Notes: a model not told the origin generated them from the sequence alone. Positions 1-13,454 are shown, counted from the stretch's first letter. The stretch: 64,000 bases of DNA from Camelus dromedarius (GCF_036321535.1 NC_087437.1:34288001-34352000), one strand, 5' to 3'. A program made the numbers and translations.

Positions 1-599
1 ATTCTCAACAGTGAGGCTTCCCAAAGCAGGTGGCATCTTTCAAAGATGAGGAACTGAAGTGAAGGATTCTGAGAGAGACAAGGGCTATCACTCCAGTCTG
101 AGGAAACACTCAACAAAAACAAGGAGAGACAAATTTGCACTCTCACTTTGTAAGATTCATTTTCATTATAGCCCACATCATAAACATCATACACAAATAG
201 GGCTTTCTCCTAAATAATTGGGGCTACAGTTTATTATTAGCACTCTTCATCAATAGCTCCAAGAGGAAGACCATGGTTTCTGTTCCTGTCTCTGAATATG
301 TCACTGGCGGCCCCGGAGAATTTAGTGTGGAAACTTCTTCTTGCCTCCCTCATACACAAGCCCTGGACCACACTACATACAGGGGATGCTCTCATCCACC
401 AGACTCCTCCACTGACTAGTGGAAAGAAACAAGCAGATTACTTAAACTTTTCAAAGTCTCAATTTCCTCATCTGCAAAGTAGGGGTGGTAAAACCTAGCT
501 TTTAGAGCTTTGTGAGGATTCAAGTAGACAATATAGGTAAGATGACTACTCCATTCGTAGAACAGAATATATGCTCAATAAATGGCTAGCTATTTTTGG

Positions 600-830
600 T
601 ACTAATCACATTGATAGTTACCACGTATCAGATGCTTATCGTGTCCAGTACGGCTCTAAGTGCTTCATAGGTATTAATTCAGTGAATATCCATCTCATCT
701 TACGAAGCAGCGTTATCATCGCCTCTGGTTTCACAAATGAGAACACTAAGGTGAGCACATAGCAGAGCTAGGATGTGAGATGAGGCAGGCTGGCCACAGT
801 CCCGCTTCCCATCTGCTAAGCCACATTGAC
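600..830. mobile_element. MIR SINE (one of many; others near 16100-16480, 28130-28450, 30430-30600, 46970-47210)
   Basis: MIR core-like tttcacaaatgagaacactaaggt. Confidence 0.65.
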
Positions 831-2342
831 TCTCTGATAGTGAGTGGAAGCACACCAGGTCCGGGACCAGCTCCGTCTGTTATCTCAGATCCATTTCCCT
901 TATTAACAAGGAATCCAGGAAGTCAGACAGTGAAGTTAGAAATTGTTACATCCGCCACCACCAAGGGAGCTGGCGAGAGGCTTGAAAAATGATCCACGCG
1001 TTTTATTGACATACTTTCGTTGGACCAAATTTCCTTCATTCACCAGTTATTACCTTATAATAAAATGCAACTGACTTGTCTCATTTTGCAGTTAAAAATG
1101 TACCATTATTCATAAGTAGGCAGAAATGTCTAGGAATGCATACAACTAAAACACTTGTACAAGCCTGCAAAGACATCTGAACAAAAATATTTGTTACAAT
1201 GCTTTTTATAATACTGAAATATTAGAAACAATCCAAATATCCTTTGGTAGGAGTTTAGTTTAAGTGTAGTATATCCATTCAACACTGTACAGCTCTAAAT
1301 AAAAATGAGATGGATTTAAAGATAAGAAAAAATTCTCATATGGAATGTTAAGTTAAAAAGCAAGATGCAGAACTCTGTATCTTAATTTTATTCTACTTCT
1401 GAAAACTAACGCAAATATTAATATATGCATAGGAAAAATAATTATTATCTAGAGAAATAATCAACAAATCCTTAACAGTCATTGTGTGGAAGGAATAACA
1501 GGCGGCTTTGACTTCCTAAATTATACGTTTCTGGATTGTTTGAATTACTTACAAGCAGCTATTCACTTTTGATATCAGAAGACAACAATGGGTTGTTTAA
1601 GTCAGAAACGGAGCAGGGAATGCTACAGCCTGAGCAGGGTTCTAATCCTCCAGTCTGTTAACTGCTGCCTCATTTCCTGGCAGCAGTTTTATGACTAGCT
1701 GGCTCTCAGCTCATTCTCCTGCCAACAGGACATTGGCGAGCAGAGACATCAGAAGTCTTCCTTGAGAGAACTCTCACAAAAGCATAAGAGGCATTCAACT
1801 TGGAAATACGGCCAAAGGGAAAAATCCATAAAAAAACAACCATCCCCCGAGTCTCTATCCATGGTAGGAAATGTGGCCATTAAGCCAATGAAAGGAATTA
1901 GGATCGTTACGAAATCGCACTGGTTTGGCTGTGGAAAAAACAGGAGACATTAAGTGCAATTCATCTTTAGAGAACTCACTTCCCATCAGGCTCGGAACCT
2001 ACAGAGCCACAAAAACAACAGAGATAAGATAAATAATCACTAGAATGGCTGACATTTTAACAGCAATCCACAAATTTTAGTCTTTCACTTTTACACCATA
2101 TTGTGTGTCTGCCCTTTCCAAAACCTTTAGGAAGCAGGTTTTTCAGAAAAGGAGGCCACTAGTAAGTGACACAGTGGAACTAGAACCTGGGATGTCTTGC
2201 ACCCACTAGCAAAGAAGGTCATCCTGGAATTAACTGGAATAATGAGTACAATCCATTTTTAAGCAAATACATCTCTTCCTGAAAAGCTAGGTAAACAATG
2301 TACCCACCAAAGAGGAAAGGCTGATAACAGATAAACAATGCA

Positions 2343-2500
2343 GGGGTAGGAGGATGTAGCTCAGTGGTAGAGTGCGTGCCTAGCATGCATAAGGTCCTGG
2401 GTTCAATCCTCACTATCTGCATTAAATAAATAAATCCTCACTATCTCCATTAAGTAAATAAATCCTCACTATCTCCATTAAATAAATAAACCTTAAAAAA
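2343..2500 (+). mobile_element. Camelid tRNA-derived SINE (Vic-1-like) with an internal 28-bp triplication
   Basis: gtagctcagtggtagag A box, ggttcaatcc B box, A-rich tail. Confidence 0.85.
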
Positions 2501-3029
2501 TGCTGAAAATGCAAGGGAAACCGAGGCCGCTGATAAAGCCATAGATAAGAGGGAGCATTGGTCAGCCTGGCTGCCCCTGATCTTAGAGAGTGGCTAAGAC
2601 CAATATTGGGTGTGTTGATAATGCCTTGGAGGGTCTCAGTCCTATGGGTACTTGGCATCATGCCCTCTTCATTCTGTCTCCATGTCAACCATGCCACCAG
2701 AAAAATGGACCTGACATGCAGAGAATGGGGACCCTGGGGAAGTAGCCCCTCTTCTACCTATCTCATTGAGAGGGCTATGTCCACGTCTCCTGGAAGCCAA
2801 GAAGCCGCCACTCACATGGCCCCTGAACGGCCAACCCTATTTCACAAAAGCAAAAATTCAGATGCAAAATCATTATGCTAATTTCTCAAGGTGATTCTGC
2901 GACAAAACCAAGAGTAAAATCCACCTTTTCTCAACTCCAACTTCAGTGCCAGACCTCAAAATGGAAAAGAATGAGGACCTGAGACCAGCCCACAACTCAT
3001 TTTAATTCCCAGTTTATACATGGGCACAA

Positions 3030-3105
3030 TTTTTTTAATGGAGGTACTGGGAATTGAACCCAGGTCCTCGTGCATGCACTCTACCACTGAGCTATACCCG
3101 TATAC
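3030..3105 (-). mobile_element. Vic-1-like SINE, short and internally deleted
   Basis: ttttaatggaggtactgggaattgaacccagg...ctaccactgagctatacc. Confidence 0.85.
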
Positions 3106-3669
3106 CGCTAAGCATAAATCTTATCACCGTTCTTTTTGTAACTGACCACACTTGCTTCATTTTTGCTCTCACATGGAGCCGAGTTCATCACTCTATTAAG
3201 CCAAAGAAGAGAGAGGGGATAAATTGATAAAGTAAGGTTGAGAGAGAATGATTCAAGTAGTTTGTAAAATAGCTAGGTATCATATTTTAAGACAACATTG
3301 TCTCAATAATTTTGATACCTTATTACAGATACAAAGCTTCTAGTTTTTAAAATCTAGGAAAAGACATTTTATTCTCAAGTCTTTAGTGGGCTCTTTACAG
3401 AAGAAGGCCTCTCCCTTGCCAAAGTTCCCAACTAAGACATCAGTGAATGGAAAGGCAGTTTTGAAAACAAGGATAAAAATTATCCTGAATCTATTCCTCC
3501 AAAGTGAACCCAGGTTTTCTTAATGTTTACTTTTCACTAGCAGATGGAATAGTCTGAAAACAGAAATGCTGAGATATGCGGTCTTAATGAATGAGGACCA
3601 GAGTCATTCATAGGCAAAAGCTATTCATCTTCCCTAACAGTGCAAGAACCAGCATGCAACAAAATGCAT

Positions 3670-4070
3670 ATGTGCATTTACATGGTGGAATACTATTCAG
3701 TACTAAAAAGGGATGAAAAAACTGATAATGCTCCAATGTGAATGAACCTCAAAAACACTGTGCTAAGTGAAAGAAGCCAGTTGCAAAAGACCCCATAGTA
3801 TATGATCCCATTTATATTAAATGTCTAGAATAGACAAATCTCTGGAGAACAGAAGTAGATGGATGCCTGCCTGGGGCTTGTGTGGGATGGGGAATTAACT
3901 GTAAGCAGGCACGAGAGATCTCACTGAGGTGAAGAAAATGGACTAAGACTGGATTGTGGTGATGGTTCCATAACTTGCTAAATTTACTAAAAGTCATTGA
4001 AATGTACACTTAACATGGGTGAATGTTACAGCTTGTAAATTACATCTCAATAAAATCGCTTTAAAAAAAA
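3670..4070 (+). mobile_element. L1 3' UTR fragment (L1MB-like)
   Basis: atggaatactattcag-like start, tgctaagtgaaagaagccag, ctcaataaa and A-tail. Confidence 0.85.
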
Positions 4071-4869
4071 ATGCAAGAGTCCCCCACAAGTCTCAGGTTA
4101 TCAGCTTTAAGTTCACCTTCCTGCTAGTATTTGAGCCACTTCAGAGAAAATGACAGGCATGGTATCGTTTTTGTAAAATTATGTTCTGAGACTTGCTACA
4201 GAACGGCCCCAGAAGCAAGTCCAAATAGCAAAATTCCAAGTTTGTTTCTCATTTAGCAAAGCTGACTATCATCTTCTTACATACTTCCCCTCTGCTTACA
4301 GGAGGTGACCTTGTTTTGCTTACTTTTTACGGGAAGTTTGCTTTTGTCTAAACACTAGAGTTTCACTTGAAGCTGGCTTTAGAATAATTTGCTCTGGGGT
4401 GGTCAGACGTGACATCCAAATGGTAATCCACGTAGGGTCAAATTTACTTAAACTCTGACATTCAATCCTGTTTTCCTCATTTGGCTAAAAAGCAATTCAG
4501 AAGTTTTTCCCAGTCTTACAACATTTATGGGTAATGCCTTTTTTCTATTTTACTTACGATGTATTTGTATTTCATGAAATCTGAAATTATCAACTCATCC
4601 TTCCCTTTTAAAATATTATACAGATGGATGTATGTACAAGGATTTCAGCTTGTATGTAGCAACAAAATACTGTTCATAAATAGAGCACTGGTTGAATAAA
4701 TTATTATACATCCAAACATAGAATAAATTACTACTCAGTTATTACATATATAGAGCAAAATCTGTAGGAATTGGTGTGGAGCTACCTACAAGATATATTG
4801 TTAAGTAAAAAAAATATGCAGAACAATGTATTATTATGCTACCCTTTGTATTTTGTTTTTAAAGGAATA

Positions 4870-4950
4870 TATGTATGTGACTGGGACATTGTGCCGTACA
4901 CCAGAAACTGATACATTATAACTGATGGGATTGCAATTAAAAAAAAAGAA
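4870..4950 (+). mobile_element. Short camelid-type L1 3' end
   Basis: tatgtgactgggacattgtgccgtacaccagaaactgatacattataactga...caattaaaaaaaaa, flanked by aaggaatatat / aagaatatat. Confidence 0.7.
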
Positions 4951-7585
4951 TATATACATAAATGCTATCTATGCTTAAGTATCTAAGCACAGATACACCA
5001 TATTGGTAAGAGCATGTTCTTCTAGAGAAGGGAAATTGGTACTGGAGGGTTTGCCCTGGTAGGGATGCTAACTTTTCAGCACATATTCTCTAATACTGTT
5101 GAAACATTTACCATGTATATTATCACCCACCGAAAAAAATGTTCATGTTTTACACCTTTTCCCCTACATTTGGTAAACCATATCTAAGCCAGCGTGTTTT
5201 TTAAAAATGAAATTCACTCTAACCACTTTTGTCCAAATACAATAAAAGTAAAATACAATAAGAACTCTGACCAAATTTTAATACATAGTTAAGTAAGTTA
5301 TCTGAAGACACCAATTTCTTCATCTCTAAAACACAGCTATTATTGTGCAGATTATGGAATATCACTTGTAAGACTTTGTAAGATGCAGACTCCTTGAGAT
5401 GGAGTTTTGCAGGGGCAGCTCACCCCTGGATAGAAGTAAACTGAGTTCAGCTGCAAAAGCAATAGATTCCTTTGTGCTGAATGTTTGTTACTTACTCATC
5501 ATTGGATCACTTAGGTTGAATTGGACTTGACTTGTGGTGATCAATTATGTCTTTTTCTATTACAGGACCAAATTCATTGTCAGATCCTTGGGGATTGAGT
5601 TTAGCAGCAGCAAATTCATAATCTGCCTGTCAGTTCATTCTACTGCCTCGTCATTCTTCCGCCTATACAATTAATTTAGCTGAAGCAACAGTAATAAACG
5701 TATCTTAAAATTATGATGAAACATTTCTACATATTTTATTGTATTCGACCCTCTTAGCAACCCTGCAGAGGAGGCAAGAGAGACATCATTATGTCAGTTT
5801 CCCACATGATCATGGTTAAATCACTCACCTAGGAAGCAGAGAGCTGAGATTAGAAGCTGGGTTCCCACTATCCCTTTCTGCCTAGTTTTACAAATTTTAC
5901 AGTATGTATGTGAGAGTCTAGAAAAGGATGCGTTTGCATTAAAAAAATTTGTCTTTTATATTAGAACATAAAGACAATGTGCCAAACTTCATAATATGGT
6001 TTTTTTTCTGAACAGAATTCACAAAAACATTGTTTCATTTGCCATTTGAACTTATTTTGACAATTATCTAAATTCACAGGGGTAGCCAAAGAGTTTTCTT
6101 GTGCAATGGGGACCATTCATTTCCATAGTTTCATTTATGACTCATGGATTTGTGTGGGTGTTGAAGAATCCAAAGAAAGAGGAATGGGGAAAGATTTTTT
6201 TTCTATATTTAAATATAAATAATAGAAAGAGGCTGAGCTCAGTTATAAATAACGGTGAAGTGAAATGTTCTCTGGAAAATCCACGGCAATAGCATTCCTG
6301 CTGCCTGAGAAATGTGCCTGCTTAAAACTCTGGTTTGGAAAACCCGTCCATTGTAAAACAAATGCTTTTTCATTGTTATTGTTATGTCAGATCATTGTCC
6401 AGAATTTTCCCAGGCTTACAAGTGTAATCATTGGTTTTACATATTTCAGAGATTCAAGATGTATGGTTTTTAATATGTACCACATATTAAGAAGAGCAAC
6501 TCGGGCTATGGTTTTGATGCATTGCTCTGGACTGAGGTGAGTTTTCACTATTTTTGGCAGCAAGATATGAAGATGTTTATTATTTTAAACATTAACCAGT
6601 TATTGTAGGACAAAAAATATTATTAGGTTCAAATTGTCATCCTTATTATCCTTCCACACACATTCATAGAGACATTAGACAGCAGACCCAAGACTAGAAT
6701 CTGGGAACTTGGACAATACCCACAGCATTAATGTGATTTTATTGCAGTATTTTTCAAGATTTAATGAAGTCAAAAGTAATTTAGTTCACTTTTTGGACAT
6801 TATCTAACTTGTTAGCCGAAGAAAGCGCCTAATCTTGGAAAGGAAAGTCACAATTTTGTGTAAGTGCTGAAATCACCTTTCTTCATAGCTTAAAAGGAAA
6901 TTCTTGCTCACAGCAGAATGTTCCACGTCCCTTCCATTTGGTTCCAACTTGCAGAGTCATCTTGCTTCTAAAATGGTTTCAGAGCCAGAGATGGGAGGTT
7001 TCCAGGCCAGAAAGAAACTCCCCTTGTCTTTAAATATGTGCCTTTTTAGAATTGACCCCCAAGGACCAGCTGTGTAACTGCATTCTGAATTTTCTTAAGT
7101 TTCCATCAGATATATTTAGCAAGACTTAGTATCCATTTGAAGACTCCACAGGAGTTATTCTAATAATCATGCACAGTGTTAATAAATAACTTCCGCCTCT
7201 TCTGTGCAGATATTCTGAGCATGCTGCAGGGGAGGGGTAAGGGACGGCTGAGGAGGACCCAGAAAAGTGGGAATGGACTCCTTCCAGTTTTGTTTTCTAC
7301 TTTTCAAGATTGATTTAGCTAATCCAAGCTAGAGGAAAGACAATTTCCTTTTGTTTGAGTTAATGTGAATAATGTGTTACATTATATTCTGAAATGGTAA
7401 GTGACATCTGAGATGAATATTTACTAGTCTACTATTGAACATTTACATGTCCAGGTATATAGTATATGTGTATTATTATATGCTATATGTAATTGTACAC
7501 ACATAGCTTTTATCCTGGGTCGTGAGTTATGGAGAGCAGGGCTAATCCAGGGAAGCAGCACTGGAAAAAAACTGGCAATAGTATG

Positions 7586-7730
7586 GGGGGAGGGTATAGC
7601 TCAGTGGTAAAGTGTGTGCTTAGTATGCGTGAAGTCCTGGGTTCTATTCCCAGTACCTCCATTAAAAAAGAAAGAAAGAAACTTAATTACCTCCCCTCAA
7701 TATCAAAAAAAAAAAAAAAAAAAAAAAAAG
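7586..7730 (+). mobile_element. Vic-1-like SINE with long poly(A) and TSD
   Basis: A and B boxes, cttaattacctcccc body motif, ~24-nt A-run; TSD aaa(c)tggcaa[t/c]agtatg on both sides. Confidence 0.92.
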
Positions 7731-8797
7731 ACTTAAACCTGGCAACAGTATGAAAATATAAATGATCAGAGCCACAAAATGAGAGAGATCAAAGTACACA
7801 CACATAAAAGAGCATGCTCTTATTAAAGGTAACAGAGGAGATCAGAAACCCAAGGGTTAATTCACAGTTTAAAGGGAAGTCAAGTGCTAGAAGTCAGGCA
7901 CAACTGTCTGAAAGCCAAGGCTGAGTATGAGCTGAAGCCCACGGGACCAGAGCAGAGGCTACAAACCCGATTCTGAAGCAAGGTCTCCTGTACATGCCCC
8001 GGGAAGATGGGAAACGTCCCACTCAAAGTCTGCCGTCCTTTGACTGCCACGTAGACTTATGATCCCCTAAGTGAATTTTGTCAGGACAAATTGGATCATG
8101 CATTACCCCTGTTTGTCTATGATTTCCTAAGCTCAGCTTTCTTCCTTGGCTAGTAGCAAATAGGCAAACCGAAACATGCCGGGCAACAGCGGACGCGTTT
8201 AAATGTCAGGAGAGGAGCACCCCCACACACCTCCGAGGTGGAAGCCTGCGGCCTGAGGCCCTGCGTGAGCCTGAGAGGAGGTTGCTGTAGAATATGATCA
8301 TATTGCTGGGATCATTGGCGTTCCTAACAGAACTTGAGTTTCAAAGTCCACAGGAAGCACACTTAGAAAGGACTTTCCTTGGCTGGTGCATGTTGACAAG
8401 GCAGCTACTGAATGGATCAGATGGCACGGGACTAGCCACCCCTGGGAACCTGGGTGGGAGAAAGCTGACATGACTGGCACGCCAGTGCTTGCGCTTAAAC
8501 AAGGAGGGGACAGGAACTCCTGACGCTGAGGTTCGCGGGAAGCTGAGGGAGCTCAGCCTCAATATAGGGGCAACAGCATGGTTTCCATCCACCCCTGGGG
8601 CCTGTGGTTAGAGCCAGCTCACCCTGTGGATTCCAGGATGAGGAGTGCTGGGCACCAAGGGAAGGGCGGGGAGGAGGGGGAGGGTTATCAGAAACAAACA
8701 AAAGAAAGAATGGGGAAGGAGGTAGGGGGTGGAAGGGAGCAGGACAAACCAGGCATGCAGAAATCCAAAACATGGGTGAGCTTCCCAAATCCAAGCT

Positions 8798-8930
8798 GGA
8801 GGCTGGAGCTCAAGTGGTGGAGAACATGCTCAGCACCCAGGAGGTCCTGGGTTCAATCCCCAGTACCTCTTCTAAGCGGAAATCAGTGAAGAAATCTAAT
8901 TACCTCCCCCTCATAAAACAAACAACACAA
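8798..8930 (+). mobile_element. Vic-1-like SINE (diverged)
   Basis: agctcaagtggtggag...gggttcaatccccagtacctc...ctaattacctccccc. Confidence 0.85.
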
Positions 8931-10001
8931 CCACGTTGGAGGATGGCTTAAAAATCAAATGCAAGGCAGGCAAAGGGCAGGACAGAAGCAAACAGATGTG
9001 TCAGAATAGTGGTTCTGAGATGGAGCTCTGTGTCTGATCCAAGGATTGTCTCATCCTGACTCTTTGGGTATTTCTTGCCAAAAAACTATTGCCTCTGCAT
9101 GAAGAAAGAGTTACACTTCACCAACAAGAATGGATTCTGACAACGTGTAGTTATTGGAGTTTATTAATATCAAAATACACCAGATACTCAGAGATCAACT
9201 TGAAACCAAGAGGGAAAAGATGTGTTTGCACCCATTTCCATCAGCATCCGCAGGAGTTATAGCTAAAAGAGACCTTGGAGATATTCTAACCCAGCTCTTC
9301 ATTTCTCAGATGTGCAGTTGACGTCCCGAGTGGCCGAGTGACTTGCCTGAGTACACACAGTGTGTGCTGGCAGGGCTGGGGCTGGAATTTGCACCTCCTG
9401 ACATTCTGGTTCGTGTTTTTTCCATCACTCAGGCTTTTAATAGTCACAGAGTACTGTGGATGAAGGAGGAATTCTCTAGGGCCTCAGCAAGCAGAGTGTC
9501 ATAATTTCCAAATCCAGAAGGACAGGGGAACACCCCTCAATGGTAGGAAGTTGCATGAGAAAGAAGAGTACTGAAAGCTTAGCAAAGACAATTTGTGTTT
9601 GCCCCTAGAAAGGCGGATGTGTGGTCTGGGGTAGATTAGACAAGTAGCTGGAAGTAACAGAAATCCCAAGCTTCAAGACCTGAACTGAATATGGGGCATT
9701 TTTCTCCCCTGACAAGATGTCTGGAGATAGGCAGCTCCTGGCACTGGTATAGCAGCTCCACAAGGTCAAAGGCAGCATCGAGTGATTCTCTTACGCTGTC
9801 TCCTGGTCACAAAATGGCTGCCATCGCTGCAAACACATATCTAAACAGGAACTGTGTTACAGGCCACCCTTACCTGCAAGGAAGTGTAGGAAAGCAAATG
9901 TTTAGACTTTCCAGTATTTAGAGTGGACCTGGGCAGGGAAGAAAGTACTTAGAGTGGGTGTTGGGCTAGGTAGTCCATAAATCTGGGATGGCAGGAGTCG
10001 G

Positions 10002-10457
10002 TGTTACAGAGGGCAGCTTCATGTGCCAGACACACAGTGTGGCCAAACAAACCAAAACGTCGGAGTTTAGAGCAGAGAAAGGTTTACTGCAATGCCAAGC
10101 AAGGAGAACTGGTGGCTCATGTCCAGAAAACTCCTGAACTTCTGAAGGGGTTCAGCTGAGTATTTGTAAAGGTCAGCAGAGGGAGGGGCGTCCCAGGGTA
10201 CATGACCAGCGGTGCACAATTCTCTGGTTGGTTGATGGTGATCAATCCTTGGGTGCCAGAAGTTCTGGGGGTTACGTGCTCATGACCATCAAGTAGTTAA
10301 TTTCTACCATTTGGTGGTGATTTTTAGCGTCTGAAAAACTCAGCAGATATGCAGGAGCTACTATTATCTGAGTACTTCAGAGAGAAGCTACAGCAGAGGA
10401 TATGGGGGAGGGGTCTAGACATCCTGGGAAGGCCCCACAGGGTCTTGTTCGGTTACA
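10002..10457 (-). mobile_element. Solo ERV LTR (ERV1-like)
   Basis: TGTTA...TTACA termini, ~455 bp, LTR-like composition; no clean TSD. Confidence 0.7.
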
Positions 10458-11235
10458 CTGGCTTGCATTCTACCACTCCATCCAAGTGCAGACGCTGCTA
10501 ATCAAACAAGCTTGGATAAAGCCTCAAAACTCTTCCCCGCAGAGCTTTCCAAGCGTGTACTATCATTTAGTCAAACCTGGCTGATGAGATGAAGCCCATT
10601 TGCTCTCCCTGATTATTTTCAGCTCTCATGGCAACTCTGAGATAGGACAAGAAAGCTCTTTTAATAAAGATAATAATAGAGTTTAAATACCCAACTTGCG
10701 GACACACAGAAAGAGCTGGTCTTGGGGCTTGAGTCTTTGTTTTACAGCCGAGGAAACGAGCCGGGAGTGGCTAGGGGTCCTAATCACGGTCCCTCGATGA
10801 GCTAGTTGAATGTGGTCCCTTTCAAAGCAGTTACCTTGAGAGGCTTTCTGCTTATTCTGGTCTTGCTGACACTACTCAGAACATCTCTGAAGTTCCTCTT
10901 TTAGAACGTCTTTCATTTAGTTAATGAGCTGCTAACACAAGAAAATTTAGCTCTTCTATTTTGTAGATGCCTTCTGTCTTCTTCCCCACCCTCTGCCCCC
11001 ACCAAACGGTGCTGCCCAGCCTGCTTACTCATTAATTCAGCACAAATGTGCTGAGCATGAGGACACCAGAGCCATTGTATGACTTGACTTCAAATGACTC
11101 TGGCTAATTTTGGAAAGTCAAATCCACTCTTGGCCCTCTGTACTCAGCCCACCATCTCCCCACCTTCCTCCCCTCTCCCCCCATTATGCTAACGCTGGTT
11201 CACGAAACAAGCTGCCTGTTATATAGTTGTTCTAG

Positions 11236-11405
11236 AGTCAGCGCTGCCCAGTAGAACTTCCTGTGTTGGAAACATTCTAAAATCTGTGCCCCATTAGCAC
11301 TTACAAGGTGGCTAGTATAACTGAGGAACTAAATTTTTAATTTTATTTTAAATTTAAATAGCCACACATGGCGAGTGGCCACCACGTTGAACAGCACAGC
11401 TCTGG
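11236..11405. mobile_element. MER3-like hAT element
   Basis: cagcgctgcccagtagaacttc...aaatttaaatagccacacatggcgagtggccacc...acagcacag. Confidence 0.75.
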
Positions 11406-13454
11406 ACCTCTTCTCTATTTCCTCCCAAACTCATTCCTCTTTGTCTCCCAGATGCCTGGCTCAGTCCCAACTTCTATGCATAGTTCTCCCCTCTTCTCTA
11501 GAGCCCCCACGTGGTGGCTGTGACCTCATCTCTTCTCTGGCTCAACTTCATGTTCGTAGTTCTGGCAATTCCACAATTCAGAGGGAAATATTCTCTGCTC
11601 TAGTCCCAGGTCGGTGGACCCTCATGGATGGCCCCCTCCTGACCACCACACTCAAAAGGGAACCAAGAGATTCAGTCACTTGCCAGCCCACTAGAGACAT
11701 TCAAAATAATGTCTTGAGGGCTTTTTCCCCTTTTGATTAGGGAGTCACAAAATTAGAAAATTTCCCTGGATCCTAGGATGGCTTTATCCTTGAGATAGAG
11801 CTTAATGGCACTGCAACAAGTAGTCCATGGAAGTCTTCCCCTCTGTGAGCACAGCATACTTAGAAGACAAGACAGTTCTTATTACTGACACTCTAAAGCA
11901 CCTCAACGAATTGGCCATGCACTAGAAGGAAGCAGTCTTTCCACAGGATAATGATGCATCCTTGGTGCTTTCAGTAATCTGTCTGGAGATGTAGGGTTCA
12001 TTCACCAGCCATTGTTGGAATCTGAGATGTTGAGGGCTGGAGAGGGCTGTTTCTGCCAGGATATACCTCCTGGAGAGTTGATCTTTCCTAGGCAACGCAC
12101 CATGACGAACAGCATATTAAGAGGAAGCAAACCACTTTACTTTCCTCAGATAGGAGCGTAGGCTCCCACGCAGGGGGCTTTCAACAGGAAACTTTGACTA
12201 AGAGCTGGTGAGAGTTAGGACTGAAATATTTTCCTGCCCCCGGAGGTTACCTAATAGTTCAGAGATAACCCCTCAGGTAGAGGCACTGTTGATAAGAAAA
12301 TTACTAAATTCTCCAGGACTTAGTTCAAAGAAGGCCCCTTTCTAGGCAGGAGACACCCCAGTGGCTGAACTGGCTTTGGGGCTTTCATCCTGGAGACAGC
12401 AGAGGAAGACTGCGAGTGAGGAGGCGGAGGTTGCCTTTGGAGGGAGGGCAGTATTCGTGAGGATGAGCCCCACCCTAGAAGAGGAGGAGAGTGGATGCTG
12501 GTTTGTTACCATTCCTTAGGGACTCCTGGTTAAAAACTGAAGTTATGAAAAGCAGTCCCCAAAATATTTTCTTATAAAGTTTGGGTTTTATTCAAATGAA
12601 ATAAAAAGGTAGGTAGAGTTTTTAAATGAACAGGACTGAGTTTTAATAGCTGGGTCGCGTTATTTCCATAACTGCAATGATGCAGATTCATAGAGTTGGA
12701 CTGAGATGACATTAAGGGAGTCCTTGACCCGGCAGCAGAGCATAGATGGGGACAGATACTGGAAGAGTAAAGTCATTTCACGTATCCATCCACACGGGTA
12801 GGATAACCAATCACTGAACCAGTTCCACACTTAACTGGCAGCGGGGTGCAAGTTCTGGGTCTCACAGCCCTGGGCTGAAGCCTGCACTTGCCAGCTGGCG
12901 GCCTTCAGCACATCATGTGACATCTCTTAGTTCTCAGCTTCCTGTTCGGAAAGTGGGACTAATATATCCTATGTCACAGCTCTGAGACCTAACATGAAAT
13001 AATGCCTGTACACCTTCAAAAATAAAAAGGAGTTGCTTTTTGCTCTCTCTTTGGTCCTCCACGTGTCACCTTCCTGGTAAGACCGCTGCCTTCTGGCCTG
13101 GCCTTGGATGTGAATGTCCTCCCGGCTCCTGTGTCACTGACTGCTGATGAATTGAGGTTCCTGCCTGCCTTGGAGCCCTCCCGGCCCCAACTCCATTGCA
13201 CACTGGATCAGTTTTCCTTGCAGGCCCTCAGCAGTGACCATCAGACACTTCTTTTTGTTTCAACACCTTTTTCTCTTTCCAATGAGTATCCTGAGCCCCT
13301 GAGTTAGCACTGCCGCTCAAGGACTGCGCATTTCCCTTAGGACCGTCCAGGAAGGGTGCTCCAGATCCCCAGCCCCGCCACTGACTCTCCTCGGCCACCT
13401 TAGCCTGGAATAGCTGGGCTCAGCTCAGCCGCAGAGCCCTGCTAGCCAACAGTC

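Larger units (their letters stand above)
1..9219 (+). pseudogene. Candidate multi-exon unitary pseudogene with RUN-domain-like motifs; exon relics about 1-149, 911-1045, 1729-1863, 2131-2290, 4302-4422, 5566-5699, 6450-6536, 6748-6859, 7050-7236, 9044-9219
   Basis: A series of non-repeat, exon-sized segments bracketed by pyrimidine-AG acceptors and GT donors (gtaaga, gtagga, gtaaac, gtaatc, gtgagt, gtaagt, gtaagg). Junction phases are mostly compatible. Translations are protein-like but broken by stops and some frameshifts. The reading frame is ambiguous in several exons. Confidence 0.5.

Noticed and set aside
7586..7660. tRNA-Ala-like sequences (also at 2343, 8798, 24900, 25090, 32030, 47395)
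   Set aside because: They are SINE heads: followed by the SINE body, an A-tail and in several cases TSDs, with degenerate cloverleaves
8057..8237. Possible additional exon relic (TYDPLSEFCQDKLDHALPLFVYDFLSS)
   Set aside because: Weak splice sites and a phase that does not fit the neighbouring relics; not supportable without alignment
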